A DNA stretch of 64,000 nucleotides from Candidatus Latescibacterota bacterium (GTDB taxonomy: Bacteria > Latescibacterota > UBA2968 > UBA8231). The stretch covers positions 1,120,001 through 1,184,000 of the forward strand of contig CBDCXV010000001.1 of the NCBI GenBank assembly GCA_965223905.1. The letters run 5' to 3'. Below are positions 12,013 through 22,180 of this stretch, piece after piece; position 1 is the stretch's first letter; the number at the start of each line of letters is the position of its first letter. Below the pieces are notes generated by a model that did no database searches, was not told the DNA's origin, and worked only from the letters and a program-made list of their open reading frames with translations. A program made the position numbers and the translations under genes.

Positions 12013-12735
12013 GTGACCAACGCCATCCTGATGACGGCGACCTCCGCGGAGCAGAGGCTGCTCGCCGGTGAGATCGACGGGGTGCGCCATCGAGTGGGGG
12101 GGCGCCCTTGGCACAGCGGCCGCCTGCGGGGCAGGTACGTCCACCTGATCGAGGGGGGTCTGGGAGCGGTCAATACCGCCCAGGCATTGACCTGCGCCCT
12201 CCAGGCCGACCTGCCGGATCTCGTCCTCCAGGTGGGGGTCGGCGGGGGATATCCGCACACCTCCCTCCGCATCGGGGACGTCGCCCTCGCCAGCGAGGAG
12301 GTGTACGGCGACCTCGGGGTGCGCACCGGGGCGGGTTGGCAGTCCTGCGAGCTAATCGGCATTCCGGTCTGGCGCGACGGCAAAGGAGAGATCTTCAATC
12401 GCTTCGAGCTCGATGCCGAGTTGGTCTCGCATGCCCGCGCCGCCGTCGCCGCCGAGGCGCGGGAGCCCGCGGTGGGCGCTTTCGTCACGGTTCAGGAATG
12501 CAGCGGCAGCGCCGAGCTCGGCAGGGAGCGGGGCCTGCGCTTCGAGGCCCTGTGCGAGAACATGGAAGGGGCCGCGGCAGCCCATGTCTGCGCGATCTAC
12601 GGGGTGCCGTTCCTCGAGATACGCGGCATCAGCAACCGGGTCGAGGACCGCGACATTGGCAGCTGGGACATTCCCCTGGCGGCGACGGCCGCCCAGTCGG
12701 CGGCCCTGCTGGTTCTGGAGAAGCTGGAGCTGTGA
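12013..12735 (+). CDS. mqnB: Futalosine hydrolase
   Basis: PNP/UDP fold (GLGAVNTA, ENMEGAA, EIRGISNRV); overlaps mqnD. Confidence 0.88.
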   Translation: MTNAILMTATSAEQRLLAGEIDGVRHRVGGRPWHSGRLRGRYVHLIEGGLGAVNTAQALTCALQADLPDLVLQVGVGGGYPHTSLRIGDVALASEEVYGDLGVRTGAGWQSCELIGIPVWRDGKGEIFNRFELDAELVSHARAAVAAEAREPAVGAFVTVQECSGSAELGRERGLRFEALCENMEGAAAAHVCAIYGVPFLEIRGISNRVEDRDIGSWDIPLAATAAQSAALLVLEKLEL

Positions 12736-13565
12736 GCGTGCCGGCGTTTTCCCTGGGGTATTCCCCCTGCCCGAACGACACCTTCATCTTCTACGCCCTG
12801 GCGCGCGATCGCCTGCCCGGGGCGCCGCGGTTCCGCGAGATCCTCGAGGACATCGAGACCCTGAACAGGATGGCGGGGCGCTCCGAGCTCGACGTCGTCA
12901 AGGTCTCCTTCCACGCCCTCGCCCACCTCCTCGACGACTACTGCCTGCTGCGCTCCGGCGGAGCCCTGGGCCGCGGCTGCGGTCCCCTGGTGGTAGCGAA
13001 GGAGGAGATCCCCCCCGCAGAGCTCGGAAGCAGGCGCATCGCGATTCCCGGTGAGCTGACCACGGCGGCGCTGTTGGTGCGGCTGTTCGCGCCGGACCTG
13101 TCCGAGCCCGCTATCCTGCCGTTTCACGAGATCATGCCGGCGGTGAGAGCCGGCCGCGTCGATGCCGGCGTCATCATCCACGAAAGCCGTTTCACCTATC
13201 CGGACTACGGGTTGCGGCAGGTCGTCGACCTCGGCCAGTGGTGGGAGCAGGAGAGCGGCCACCCCATCCCGCTCGGCGGCATCGCGGCGCGGCGGGCATT
13301 GGGACAGGAGTCGATCGTCGAGATCGACCGCAGCCTGCGCCGAAGCGTCGAATACGCCTGGGCCCATCCGGAGGAGACGCGGGACTACGTCGCCGAGCAC
13401 GCGCAGGAGATGGATCGCGCGGTGATGGAATCGCACATAAGCCTGTACGTCAACGACTTCACCCTCGACTACGGAAGCGAGGGGACCGCGGCGATCGAGG
13501 AGCTGATGCGCCGGGCCGCGGAAGCCGGCATCGTTGCGGCAAAGGGCAGACGGTTGTTTGCCTGA
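12732..13565 (+). CDS. mqnD: 1,4-dihydroxy-6-naphthoate synthase
   Basis: SPCPNDTFIF, GGALGRGCGP, IIHESRFTY, HISLYVN. Confidence 0.95.
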   Translation: MSVPAFSLGYSPCPNDTFIFYALARDRLPGAPRFREILEDIETLNRMAGRSELDVVKVSFHALAHLLDDYCLLRSGGALGRGCGPLVVAKEEIPPAELGSRRIAIPGELTTAALLVRLFAPDLSEPAILPFHEIMPAVRAGRVDAGVIIHESRFTYPDYGLRQVVDLGQWWEQESGHPIPLGGIAARRALGQESIVEIDRSLRRSVEYAWAHPEETRDYVAEHAQEMDRAVMESHISLYVNDFTLDYGSEGTAAIEELMRRAAEAGIVAAKGRRLFA

Positions 13566-13657
13566 GTTGCGAGAGACAGGTGGAGGTGCCTGGAACGATT
13601 GTCAAGGGCCCGACGGGCGCCCGGAAGGGAGGTTGCGATGGGATGGCCGGTACGCCG

Positions 13658-14621
13658 CTATTCCAACTCCAGGGAGGCTTTGATTCGGCCCCAGGAAACC
13701 GCCTCGATCGCGCTGTCTTCCGGTTCCGGGGCGGCGGACAGCAGTATCCCATCGAGAAACCCATCCGCCTGCTGGAGGATTATGTCAACATGTTCCAGGC
13801 CTTCAGGTAAGAAGACACTGCTTCCATGGGGTGGGGGGGGGTGGGTCATGGTCCGAAACCAAAATCCCGAAACCGATGATCTGTCCCGCTGCCAGATCGC
13901 TTACCGCGTTCTCGACGGGGCTATGCCATCCCTCCACGGGGCTATACCATCCCTCCCAGCGGTCGAACGGGGTAACGTAGAGTTCGATGACGCTGATGAC
14001 GGGCGTTTCTCCGGCGACGCTACCGCCCCCCTCTCCGTAGGGAGGCTGGGCCATCCAGGCGCCCGCTTCCGTAGCGTATGTGAGCATACCAACATCCAAG
14101 GTTAAGGTTGAGCCACTGGCGGTGCGGGCGGCGGCGTAATATCCCTGGGTCTGCCCAACAAGCTCGAGCCACTCCTCATGAGAGTGTCCCCCTTGGCCTG
14201 CGCCCCTCCCTCCGCTGTGATCCCCGTCGATTGCCAGCTCGATGCTGTCCCCGTCCCCGCTTCGTAAGGCCACATCGTAGTCATGGGTGTTCTCGTACAC
14301 GTCATCGCTGGCCACGAAAGCTACGTAGAAGCGGGCTGGCTCTCCGTGCCAGGCCAGCCAGATCCAGAAATCCAGAGTGGAAGGATCCGGTGGAGCGTGC
14401 TCGCCTGTTTTCCTGAAATCCAGCGCCGTCATGGCGGGCTCGCCGAGCAACTCAATCCACTCGTCTATCGATCCATCGATCCGGATCCCGGCCAGCATCT
14501 CGTCGGTCAACTCGAAAACCGGGTACAGGCGATCGCCGACGTGGGCTCCGGCCAACAGCGGCAGCCAAAAGAGCATGCCGAGGGCGGCGCCCCATTGCTT
14601 TGAGATCCGCAAACGGGTCAA
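13658..14621 (-). pseudogene. Secreted DOMON/CBM9-like protein with C-terminal SWGRIKA motif, frameshifted at a C9 tract
   Basis: Signal peptide, IDGSIDEW, GDSIELAIDGD; reading C8 instead of C9 at 13833-13841 joins ORF 13803-14699 to ORF 13658-13849. Confidence 0.7.
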
Positions 14622-14675
14622 TTTGTTCTCTCTCTGCGGTAAGGATATGGACTTCCCGCTAAAGGAGATGCCAAA

Positions 14676-15701
14676 ATGAGATTGATTCAGTACCGACACG
14701 CCGGCGGCGACGATCGCGTCGGCGCCATCGACGGCGATTGTGTCATCGATCTGACCGGCGACGACGGACCGGCGACCCTCTACGGCATCTACTACGATTG
14801 CGGCGGCGACGCCGACGGTTTCGAAACCGCAGTCTCCAGACTCCTCGAAAAATCCTCAAGCTCGTCTCTGATGTTGTCCGAGCTCCTCGCCGGTCGCAAA
14901 GGGGAGGGGGTACCCTACCCGATCAAACCGGCCAGCGGACCTGCGGAAGATCCCCACGCCCTGCGTATCTGGCTGGCAGGGGTCACCCACGAAGACAGCG
15001 CCAGGCTCCGCGAGATCGAAGCCAAGCAGGCCACCGGGGATCAGGTCAACGTGTACGAACAGAAGTACCGCGAATGCGCCGCCGGCGGGCGGCCCGAGCT
15101 GTTTGCCAAGGGGGACCCAGACAGCGTCGTCGGCCACGGCCAGACCCTCACCCGGCCGCCGGACACAGAGCGCCTCGTTCCCGAGACCGAGCTGGTGAGC
15201 GTGTACGGCCTCAACCAGCGCGGCGAGCTCGAGCGCCTGGGATACACCGGCGGCAACGACGCCACCGACAACGGCATCGAGGCGGCCAACCCCCTGAACC
15301 TGCCGCAGGCCAAGAACTGGGCCGGCGGCTGCGCCAGCTTCGGCCCTCTCCTGGTAACCGCCTCGGAGTTCGACGACGGGGACGTCGCGGTCAACTGCGA
15401 GATCATCCGCGACGGCCGCCGCGCCGGCTTCAAGGAGGGCGGTACCGGCCAGGAAAACCTCAACATGCCGGAGGGGCTGTATCACATGGAGCGGTCGCTG
15501 TTCAGCCGCATTCCGCTGAAGCCCCGGCAGCTGCAGGTGCTCTACTGGGGTACGCCGATCGTGTTTGCCGAAGCCGACCTCGCCGCCGGCCTCGTCGCCG
15601 GCGACATCGTGCGCATGAGCTTTTCGGGGATCGGCACCCTGGAGAACTCGATCGCCGACCTGCCGGAGACGGGTCAGCTGGAAGCGCTGAGACCGGGCTG
15701 A
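14676..15701 (+). CDS. Fumarylacetoacetate hydrolase family (keto-deoxy sugar-acid dehydratase-like)
   Basis: RPELFAK, VPETEL, YTGGND, EAANPLNLPQAK, IGTLEN. Confidence 0.8.
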   Translation: MRLIQYRHAGGDDRVGAIDGDCVIDLTGDDGPATLYGIYYDCGGDADGFETAVSRLLEKSSSSSLMLSELLAGRKGEGVPYPIKPASGPAEDPHALRIWLAGVTHEDSARLREIEAKQATGDQVNVYEQKYRECAAGGRPELFAKGDPDSVVGHGQTLTRPPDTERLVPETELVSVYGLNQRGELERLGYTGGNDATDNGIEAANPLNLPQAKNWAGGCASFGPLLVTASEFDDGDVAVNCEIIRDGRRAGFKEGGTGQENLNMPEGLYHMERSLFSRIPLKPRQLQVLYWGTPIVFAEADLAAGLVAGDIVRMSFSGIGTLENSIADLPETGQLEALRPG

Positions 15702-15703
15702 AA

Positions 15704-16723
15704 TCAGGTCGCCGCCGCCGGCAGCGCGCCCATCTCCTTAAGATGAATCACCGAGGCGGCGAACTGCCGCAGCTCATAGGCTGAGCAGGCAGCGGCTGAT
15801 TCGTCCCGCTCGTGAGGGGCGCGCCACTCTTCGCTCGCCGGCCGCGCCGCGCCGTGCAGCTGGCGGATGGCATCCAGGGCCCCGTCGAAAGAGCGCTCGG
15901 CAAACGGTTCGCCCAACCGGTAGGTTTCCCAGTAGTCGGGCTCGAGGATGCGGACGTGGCGCGCCGCGGTCGCCCCCAGCTCGATGCACCCCTGAAGCTC
16001 TCCCGGGGCTTCGTCGAACAGCTGCAGCAGCGGAGGCCAGTCGACGACCCCGGTTCCCAGGGCACAGCGGACGAAGCGATAACCGGACGCCGTCGGGTGA
16101 ATGCGGTAGTCCTTCAGGTGGACGTGCTTGAGATGGGGCAGCACGGTGCGGGCGAACTGCTCCGGCGTCTCGCCGACCGCCAGCGCGTTGGCGCAGTCCA
16201 TGGTAACCCCCAGCATCGGGCTGCCGACCTGCTCGCACAGCCAGACCAGCTCCTGAGAGCAGAGGTCCTGGTGGTTCTCGATCCCGACCGAGACCCTGGA
16301 TGCCTCGGCAACGGCCATGACCCGCCGCAGCGGTTCTACGAGAGCGGACAGGTGGTCGCGCCAGCCGCCGGCCCCATAGCGGCGCCGATCCCCTTCCAGT
16401 ACCGAGCTGATCGTCGTGCGCACCACCCCGGCTTCGAGCTCGGCTGCGGTTTCGACAGCCGCCAGCAACGGGCTCGGGTCCTCGGCGAGATGGTCGCTGC
16501 CGATGTCGAGGAACAGACCGAGCCCGCATTCAGCCAGCAGGTCGCCAAACCGGGCGCGTTGCTCCGGGGTTCGCAGCGCCAGCCATTCGGCGGCCGTTTC
16601 AATGCTCGCCAACCCGCTGGCGGCCGCCAGTGCGGCAAGCCCCTCCGGTTTGTGCGGATCGATCGCGCAACCGGCCTCGCGGTGAGCGCCGGTGAAGCTG
16701 CAGGCGCTCAGGCCGATTTTCAC
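15704..16723 (-). CDS. Sugar phosphate isomerase/epimerase family TIM barrel
   Basis: IENHQD, MDCAN, HVHLKD, LGTGVVD. Confidence 0.8.
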   Translation of the reverse strand: MKIGLSACSFTGAHREAGCAIDPHKPEGLAALAAASGLASIETAAEWLALRTPEQRARFGDLLAECGLGLFLDIGSDHLAEDPSPLLAAVETAAELEAGVVRTTISSVLEGDRRRYGAGGWRDHLSALVEPLRRVMAVAEASRVSVGIENHQDLCSQELVWLCEQVGSPMLGVTMDCANALAVGETPEQFARTVLPHLKHVHLKDYRIHPTASGYRFVRCALGTGVVDWPPLLQLFDEAPGELQGCIELGATAARHVRILEPDYWETYRLGEPFAERSFDGALDAIRQLHGAARPASEEWRAPHERDESAAACSAYELRQFAASVIHLKEMGALPAAAT

Positions 16724-18006
16724 GCCTCGGAACCGTTCCCCTGGCCGGCGACCTCGCCGGCGGGGACGTCGCGTTCCTCACCGCTCGCCAGATCGCGCAC
16801 CTTAACCAGGCCGCGCTCCCACTCGTCCGGAGCGATGAGGACGAGCCTGGAAGCGCCGCAGTTGTCGGCGTGGCGGAAGGCCCACTTCATTCTGCGGTCC
16901 TCGAGGATGAGGTCGACCGAACGCCCGGCCTGGCGCAGGGCGCGAGCCACCGACATCGCCGCTGGCCGCAGCTCGGCATTGAAGGAGAAGACGACGTCGT
17001 CGAAGCGGCGCGGCAGCTGCGGCAGCAGGCCCTTCTCGGACAGCAGCTCAACGATTACGGCGTCCCCGAATCCGAAGCCGCAGGCGGGAATGTCCTTGCC
17101 GTGGAACGCCGACAGCAGGCGGTCGTAACGCCCCCCCCCGCAGATCGCCCTGAGCTCGGAGGCGCGGTCGAAAACCTCGAAGACCACCCCGGTGTAGTAG
17201 GCGAGGCCGCGCACGAGGCCGGCGTCGAAGCGCACCCACTCGGCGATCCCGTACTCGGCTGCGAGCTCGAGCAGCCGGCGCAGGTCGCTTATGCCGCCGC
17301 TGGTTTCCCCGATCAGGGAGGCGGCGTCGTCGAGGGAAGCCAGCGAGGTCAGCTCGAGGAGGGTGTCGACAACGGAAGCATCCAGTCCGAGGCGTTCGAG
17401 CTCTTCCCGCACCGCCCCGGCAGGCAGCTTGTCGAGCTTGTCGACGAGGACGCAGACCTCGAAAAAGCGCTCCTCGGGAACGTTGGCGGCGTTCAGCGCC
17501 GCCTCGATGATCTTGCGGCTCGAGAGCTTGACCTCGACATCTGCCGCGGTCAGGCCGAGGCGCGAGAGCAACGTCGTCACGAGACAGAGGAGCTCGGCCT
17601 CGGCGGCGACGTCGGAGATGCCGAAGATGTCGACGTTCCATTGATAGTGTTCGCGCCTGCGCCCGCGCTGGATGCGCTCATAGCGCCAGCACTGAGGAAT
17701 GCTGAACCACTTCAGCGGCAGGGCCAGGGACCCCGCCCTGCCCAGCACCAGGCGCGCCAGCGAGGGGGTCATCTCCGGTCTCAGGGCGAGGCGCCGTCCT
17801 CCCTTGTCCTCGAAGCTGTACAGCTCGTCGACGATCTGCTCCCCCGCCTTGCGGACGTACAGCTCTTCCGATTCGACGACGGGGGCGTCGTACTCTTCGA
17901 AGGCGAACGTCTGCGCGACCTCGCGGAAATGCGTGAACAGCCAGTTGCGCAGGCGGTAATCGTCAGGATAAAAATCCCGCGTACCCCGCGGCGGTGAGAG
18001 ATTCAT
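16720..18006 (-). CDS. hisS: Histidine--tRNA ligase
   Basis: PRGTRDF, LRPEMT, RYER, LVRGLAYYTG, GGGRYD. Confidence 0.97.
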   Translation of the reverse strand: MNLSPPRGTRDFYPDDYRLRNWLFTHFREVAQTFAFEEYDAPVVESEELYVRKAGEQIVDELYSFEDKGGRRLALRPEMTPSLARLVLGRAGSLALPLKWFSIPQCWRYERIQRGRRREHYQWNVDIFGISDVAAEAELLCLVTTLLSRLGLTAADVEVKLSSRKIIEAALNAANVPEERFFEVCVLVDKLDKLPAGAVREELERLGLDASVVDTLLELTSLASLDDAASLIGETSGGISDLRRLLELAAEYGIAEWVRFDAGLVRGLAYYTGVVFEVFDRASELRAICGGGRYDRLLSAFHGKDIPACGFGFGDAVIVELLSEKGLLPQLPRRFDDVVFSFNAELRPAAMSVARALRQAGRSVDLILEDRRMKWAFRHADNCGASRLVLIAPDEWERGLVKVRDLASGEERDVPAGEVAGQGNGSEA

Positions 18007-18046
18007 GGTCCTTAAGGTATGCGAGGTTGGCGACGGTGTCTCTCCG

Positions 18047-18874
18047 TCACCCGGGGTAGAGCTCGCCTGCCAGGATTGCCAGCAGACCGAGGGGCATCAG
18101 CGCCGTCAGGGCCCTGCTCGTGCCTCCGGCGCCGCCGAGAAGGCGAGCCAGGACGATCAGGAGCAGCAGGTCCATCACCCCGACCACCGCGGCGTAGGCC
18201 CAGCCGTACAGTCCGAGGTAGTGCGGCAGGACGGTGCCGGCGATCAGCAGCCCGTACACGGAGGCCGCGGCGTACCGGGCCCTCGTCGCGCCGACCGCAA
18301 GGGCCAGGGTGCGCACCCCGCGGGCGCGGTCCCCCTCGACGTCCTCGACATCCTTGACGATCTCGCGGCCCAGGTGGAAGAGCAGGGCGAAGCCGGCCGG
18401 GATCCATGCCCGCCCCAGGGCCCCGCCGGCCAGGGCCCCGAAGGGAAAGGCCAGGGCCGCGAGAGCCGCCACCAGAAGATTGCCCCAGAACACGGTGCTC
18501 TTGAGGCGGACGCTGTACAGCCAGAGTCCCGCGAGCGTGCCGGCGGCGATCAGTCCCGGGACCGGTCCGGCCCCAATCGCAAGACCCAGCCCCGCCGCCG
18601 CGCTCGCCGCGGCGACCAGGGCGGCCCGCCGCGGCGTCAGCCTGCCGGACGGCAGCGGCCGTCGAGGCCGGTTGATCCGGTCGATTTCGAGGTCCCTGAG
18701 GTCGTTCCAGGCGTTCCCGGCCCCGGTGATCAGGGCCGCGGCCAGCACTGCGAGCCAGACGGGGAGTGGAAATGGAACGGCGCCGCCGGCCACCGCCCCG
18801 ATGAGGACGGATGCCGCGGTGATGCAACAGTTCAGGGGCCTGAGGAGCTGCAGTTCCGCCATCTTCGGCATCAC
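18047..18874 (-). CDS. UbiA prenyltransferase, DGGGP-synthase-like
   Basis: NDxxDxxIDRINRPxRPLPSG and REIVKDVEDVEGD motifs; multiple TM helices. Confidence 0.85.
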   Translation of the reverse strand: MMPKMAELQLLRPLNCCITAASVLIGAVAGGAVPFPLPVWLAVLAAALITGAGNAWNDLRDLEIDRINRPRRPLPSGRLTPRRAALVAAASAAAGLGLAIGAGPVPGLIAAGTLAGLWLYSVRLKSTVFWGNLLVAALAALAFPFGALAGGALGRAWIPAGFALLFHLGREIVKDVEDVEGDRARGVRTLALAVGATRARYAAASVYGLLIAGTVLPHYLGLYGWAYAAVVGVMDLLLLIVLARLLGGAGGTSRALTALMPLGLLAILAGELYPG

Positions 18875-19051
18875 CTGCGGTCGTTGTCGGAACGGTGCGA
18901 AAGGGGCGGCAGAAACGTGGCGAATCGACGCGGGAAATGGGTCGGAAAGGCGTTTTTTTCCCGCTGCCGAGGGCGGGGTTTACAGGGTGCCCGAAAAAGG
19001 GGCGAATTTCTTGTAACTGTCAAAAAAATAAATGGTTCGTGCAGATTTTTC

Positions 19052-19080
19052 TTGACAGTCAAAAAACAGGGGAGTACTTT
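19052..19080 (+). promoter_or_regulatory. Sigma70-type promoter for the HU gene
   Basis: TTGACA (19052-19057), 17 bp spacer, TACTTT (19075-19080) in an AT-rich intergenic region. Confidence 0.7.
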
Positions 19081-19168
19081 GACGGAAAGTCGTTATTATC
19101 CAATAACTAATGTCAATTTTACGGTCTGATCCGGCATGGAAATCCAACCTCCATTAGGAGGTCGGCTT

Positions 19169-19519
19169 TTGCCGACGATAACGAAGAAGGATCTCGCCCT
19201 TCTCGTCAGCCAGAGCACCGGCTGCAAGAAGAATATGGCGGCCAAAATGGTCGACAGTCTCTTCGTCGCCATGAGGGACAGCCTGATCCAGGGGAACCGC
19301 ATCGAAATAAGGGGATTCGGCGTTTTCCAGGTCAAGGATACCCGGCCCAAGCCGGCGGCCCGCAACCCCCGGACCGGGGAAATCATCTACGTGCCCGCCC
19401 GCCGCAAGACCCACTTCAAGCCGGGCCGGCTCCTCAAGGAGGCCCTCCACCAGACGCGGGAAGGCAATCTCGATCTCCCGCTCGATTTCGACGACGACGA
19501 AGACGACGACGATATCTGA
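19169..19519 (+). CDS. HU/IHF family DNA-binding protein with acidic tail
   Basis: IEIRGFGVF, ARNPRTGE; AGGAGG RBS before TTG 19169. Confidence 0.92.
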   Translation: MPTITKKDLALLVSQSTGCKKNMAAKMVDSLFVAMRDSLIQGNRIEIRGFGVFQVKDTRPKPAARNPRTGEIIYVPARRKTHFKPGRLLKEALHQTREGNLDLPLDFDDDEDDDDI

Positions 19520-19542
19520 AGCAGCGATCACGAAGGAAGTGG

Positions 19543-19578
19543 AACCCCGTTACGGAATGGCCGTACGGGGGTTTTTTA
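19543..19578 (+). terminator. Rho-independent terminator
   Basis: AACCCCGTTACGG/CCGTACGGGGGTT hairpin followed by a T-run. Confidence 0.75.
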
Positions 19579-20244
19579 TTGCTTTTCGCCGGCTTCGTCC
19601 CCGGGGGAGCCGTCCATCAGGGCGGCGATCCGCTGCCGCCAGTCGGGAGGGATTCCGAGGTTCGCGTCGAGCCTGAAGTCCGCCGCCAGCGACCGGAGGA
19701 TCTCCGACCTGCGCCTGCTGTCCGGGAGGGTCTCCCTGAGCCGGGCCCGCAGACGGCCCAACTCGTCGAGGTAGTCGACGAACTCGCCGTCGTCGAAGAT
19801 CCGCTCGAGGTCCTCGCGCAGCCGGCGGGCAAGCGACGGACTGGCGTTGCTCGTGCTGATGCTCACTCTCAGGTGCCCCGCGGAGACGAGGGCGGCCATG
19901 GCGATGTTGGACTGCGACGGCCGGTCCCAGGTGTTGATGAGGCAGCGCTGCCGGCAGGCGAGCTCGTAGACCTCGCGGGCCAGCTCCGGTTCGCCGGGGA
20001 CCGTGTTGATGACGAGGAACACTCCGTCCAGGTCCGCGGTCTCGAAGCGGCGTTCGCGGTGCTCGAATCGCCCCGCGGCCTTCCATTCCCGAAGGTCTTC
20101 GTTGAGACGCGGGCTGACGACGGCGAGCCGGGCCCCGGCGGCGAGCAGCCTCTCCGCCTTGTCGGCCGCCTCGGCGCCGCCGCCGATCACCAGGCAGGGG
20201 CGCCCCATGACGTCGATGCCGGCCTGGAAGCAGGGATTCAGCAT
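19576..20244 (-). CDS. Precorrin-2 dehydrogenase/sirohydrochlorin ferrochelatase (CysG N-terminal, Met8-like)
   Basis: LVIGGG, ISTSNASPSLARRLR. Confidence 0.88.
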   Translation of the reverse strand: MLNPCFQAGIDVMGRPCLVIGGGAEAADKAERLLAAGARLAVVSPRLNEDLREWKAAGRFEHRERRFETADLDGVFLVINTVPGEPELAREVYELACRQRCLINTWDRPSQSNIAMAALVSAGHLRVSISTSNASPSLARRLREDLERIFDDGEFVDYLDELGRLRARLRETLPDSRRRSEILRSLAADFRLDANLGIPPDWRQRIAALMDGSPGDEAGEKQ

Positions 20245-20337
20245 TGCGGTCGCTCGCCTGCGCTCCGGGCAGCTACAGCCTTCCCGCGGCGGTGAGCTTG
20301 CGAACGAGGGCGCCGGAGGGATTCGCGCGCTCGGGCG

Positions 20338-20772
20338 TCATCCCTGCCCCCATTGGAGGTCGGAGTAGTTGCGGCCCTCCTGCTCCCCCTGGTCGACGGG
20401 GAGGCCGCTTTCGAGCCAGCCCCTCTCGATCACCTCGCCGCTGTCGGTGTACGCTCCCCCGAAGCCGCCGCAGACGTTGGACACGTCGGTGAAACCCGCG
20501 GCGGTCAGGATTTCGGCGGCCCGGGCAGAACGCGCTCCCGACTGGCAGCCGAGAAGCAGCTTGTCGCCGGGTTCGAAATTCGCCTCGACCACCCCGAGGA
20601 AGTCGGGGTTGGGCACCATGCCGAACGGCTCCCGGTGCATGATGGGGATGTTGAGGGCTCCCGAGGGGTGGCCGTTGCGGAACTCCGGCTCGGAGCGCAC
20701 GTCGATGTACCGGTATCCCTGCTCCTGCATCAACTCCATGGCATCCGCGGAGTTGACCTCCTTGTAACTCAT
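20338..20772 (-). CDS. Rhodanese-like domain protein
   Basis: IDVRSEPEFRNGHP, CQSGARS active loop. Confidence 0.88.
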   Translation of the reverse strand: MSYKEVNSADAMELMQEQGYRYIDVRSEPEFRNGHPSGALNIPIMHREPFGMVPNPDFLGVVEANFEPGDKLLLGCQSGARSARAAEILTAAGFTDVSNVCGGFGGAYTDSGEVIERGWLESGLPVDQGEQEGRNYSDLQWGQG

Positions 20773-20970
20773 CGCCTGAACCTCCTGCCGGGGAATTCCG
20801 CCGGACGGTGAGAGCAGCACTTCCTGCGGCGCCGCAAGCCCTCGCCGGCCGGGGTCCCTGGGGACCGATACCCGGGGTGGAGGAGCGCGGAACAGGCCCT
20901 GCCAGGGCTGAAGGACGCGACTTGACAGGGTGCACCACAGGCCATTCAATGACTTTCTATCTCTTCAGTA

Positions 20971-22176
20971 ATGTATTATTTCCAGCAACATAGACAATTT
21001 CCGAGGGGTCTTGCGCCGCTTGTGGCGTGGGCGTTGTCCGGCGCCCTCGCCGCCGCCTTCTATGCAGGCGGCTGCAGCCATTTCGGCGGCGATTCCCAAG
21101 CGGAGGGCAGCGCCCGGAGCGACTCGACCTCCGCCGATTCAACTGGGCCCGACTCGACCGCAGCGGGCACGAGTCGGGCCGATACCGCCCGGATCGACGC
21201 GGTGCCGGTGGAGACCGCCCTCTCCACCACCGGGGACATCTCCTCCTTCCTGCTGTTCAGCTCGACCGTGGAGACCGAGGCCTCGGTTGAGATACACCCG
21301 GAGATCAGCGGCCTGGTGGAGGTCGTCGCCGTCGAGGAAGGGGACCAGGTCGTTGCCGGCGACACCCTGGTGAGGCTCGACACCGACCAGGCCCGCCTGG
21401 ACGACCGCGAAAGCGCCATGGAGCTGCGCCACCTCGAGATGGGGTACAAACGCACCGAGGAGATGTTCCGCCGCGGCCTCATCGCCCCCCAGGACCACGA
21501 GGACCGGCTCTTTCACCTCGAGGAAGCCCGGCTGAAAGTGGAGAAGGCGCGCCTCGCCCTGGAGAACACGATGATCCGCGCCCCCTTCGCCGGGGTGATC
21601 ACGACGCGGGAGGTGCAGGTGGGGGCCCGCGTCGCCCCCGGGGTCAAGCTGTTCGATCTCGTCAAGATCGACGACATGATCGCCCGGGTGTTCGTGCCGG
21701 GCCGTTACCTGACCCGGGTGAGGGTCGGCCAGAAAGCCGAAGTGGTCTCCGACTTCCTCGAGGGCATGGAGTTCGAGGGCTACGTCAAGCGGATCAGCCC
21801 GGTCGTCGACCCGAAGAGCGGCACCCTCAAGGTCACTGTCGGGCTGCGGGACCGCTGGGAGCACCTGCGGCCGGGGATCTTCGTCAACGTCCGCGTCATC
21901 ACCGACACCCACACCGACGCCGTTCTGCTGCCGAAGCAGGCCGTCGTCTACGACGGCGGCGAGCGCTACGTCTTCGTCGTCGAGGACAGCACGGCGTCGC
22001 GTGTCCGGCTCGACGCCGGGTACGAGGACAGCCGCTTCATCGAGGCCCTGTCCGGCATCGCCAGCGACACCCCCGTAATAGTCATCGGCCAGGCCGGCCT
22101 GAAGGACAAGGCCCGCGTCAAGGTCGTCAACGCATCCGGGGAGGAACCCGCACCAGCAGGGAGCGGCCGGGGATAG
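20971..22176 (+). CDS. RND efflux membrane fusion protein
   Basis: VEEGDQV, IRAPFAGVI, LRPGIFV. Confidence 0.92.
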   Translation: MYYFQQHRQFPRGLAPLVAWALSGALAAAFYAGGCSHFGGDSQAEGSARSDSTSADSTGPDSTAAGTSRADTARIDAVPVETALSTTGDISSFLLFSSTVETEASVEIHPEISGLVEVVAVEEGDQVVAGDTLVRLDTDQARLDDRESAMELRHLEMGYKRTEEMFRRGLIAPQDHEDRLFHLEEARLKVEKARLALENTMIRAPFAGVITTREVQVGARVAPGVKLFDLVKIDDMIARVFVPGRYLTRVRVGQKAEVVSDFLEGMEFEGYVKRISPVVDPKSGTLKVTVGLRDRWEHLRPGIFVNVRVITDTHTDAVLLPKQAVVYDGGERYVFVVEDSTASRVRLDAGYEDSRFIEALSGIASDTPVIVIGQAGLKDKARVKVVNASGEEPAPAGSGRG

Positions 22177-22180
22177 GGTC

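Noticed and set aside
20922-20950. TTGACA-17-TTCAAT promoter for the RND operon
   Set aside because: The -10 box lacks the conserved A; too weak to call.
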